Below, piece by piece: positions 26,718 to 26,986 of a stretch of DNA of 26,986 nt (its first letter is position 1; every line of letters starts with the position of its first letter). This DNA comes from a virus. Its lineage: Duplodnaviria > Caudoviricetes. The notes under the pieces were generated by a model, which saw only the letters and a list, made by a program, of their open reading frames with translations, was not told where the DNA came from and did not search any database. A program made the translations under genes and the position numbers. The stretch is from positions 1 to 26,986 of the IMG/VR virus record IMGVR_UViG_3300030708_001843. One strand, 5' to 3'.

Positions 26718-26986
26718 TGCTTGGAATAAAAAAGGCGTATTGTCTTTGTTTGGACAAAAGAGAAGATCACTGGCTTGATCTAAAACAGCAATGTGAATCT
26801 AAGGGTTTAGAGTTCAACCGATTTCTTGTGGGTGAGGGTGAAATTTTTGATCACACAGACTACGATAGGTTGGATGTAAAATTACCAGAAAAAGATTTTA
26901 ACTGGGGATATGGCGGTCATCAGAAAGACACTGATGAAGAAGTTCATAGAAAGAAGACACACCATTACAACGCCTTTTGTTCTCAT
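26717..26986 (+). CDS. GT25-like glycosyltransferase, 3'-truncated by window edge
   Basis: Not in the ORF track. TGATG-coupled start; my translation MLGIKKAYCLCLDKREDHW...HYNAFCSH resembles the GT25 YxINLDRRxDR...GCxLSH pattern. Confidence 0.6.
   Translation, partial: MLGIKKAYCLCLDKREDHWLDLKQQCESKGLEFNRFLVGEGEIFDHTDYDRLDVKLPEKDFNWGYGGHQKDTDEEVHRKKTHHYNAFCSH

Noticed and set aside
1-26986. Stop-codon reassignment (alternative genetic code)
   Set aside because: Coding density is near complete under code 11, and TAA, TGA and TAG all end genes at sensible boundaries next to downstream starts.
1-26986. Cellular chromosome origin; tRNA, rRNA or terminators
   Set aside because: The clustering of nrdJ, dut, phoH, a divergent recA, dnaB, dnaG, a phage-type dNMP kinase and dnaE is phage-like. 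No non-coding stretch is long enough for RNA genes, and no clear hairpin-polyU terminator was seen.

Overview
Window from the genome of a large tailed dsDNA bacteriophage (inferred from gene content; no virion genes present). It is AT-rich and almost fully coding on the + strand, and most genes are joined by overlapping stop/start codons. Three blocks follow each other. (1) Nucleotide metabolism and small unknowns (1-4657): class II ribonucleotide reductase, dUTPase, PhoH, Zn-ribbon proteins. (2) A bacterial-type recombination/replication module (4650-16702): RecA/UvsX-like recombinase, three PD-(D/E)XK nucleases, DnaB, DnaG, dNMP kinase, SSB, and a DnaE (Pol III alpha) split into two intein-less genes with a small ORF and a DEDDh exonuclease gene between them. 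(3) A sigma-70-family factor followed by at least 11 apparently soluble glycosylation/sugar-modification genes (17174 to the window end). A near-consensus sigma70 promoter lies just upstream of ssb. The most notable observations are the split DnaE, an SSB-like acidic PF tail on the helicase while the SSB lacks one, and the glycosyltransferase array with an unknown target. All calls come from motif recognition by eye; no searches were run.
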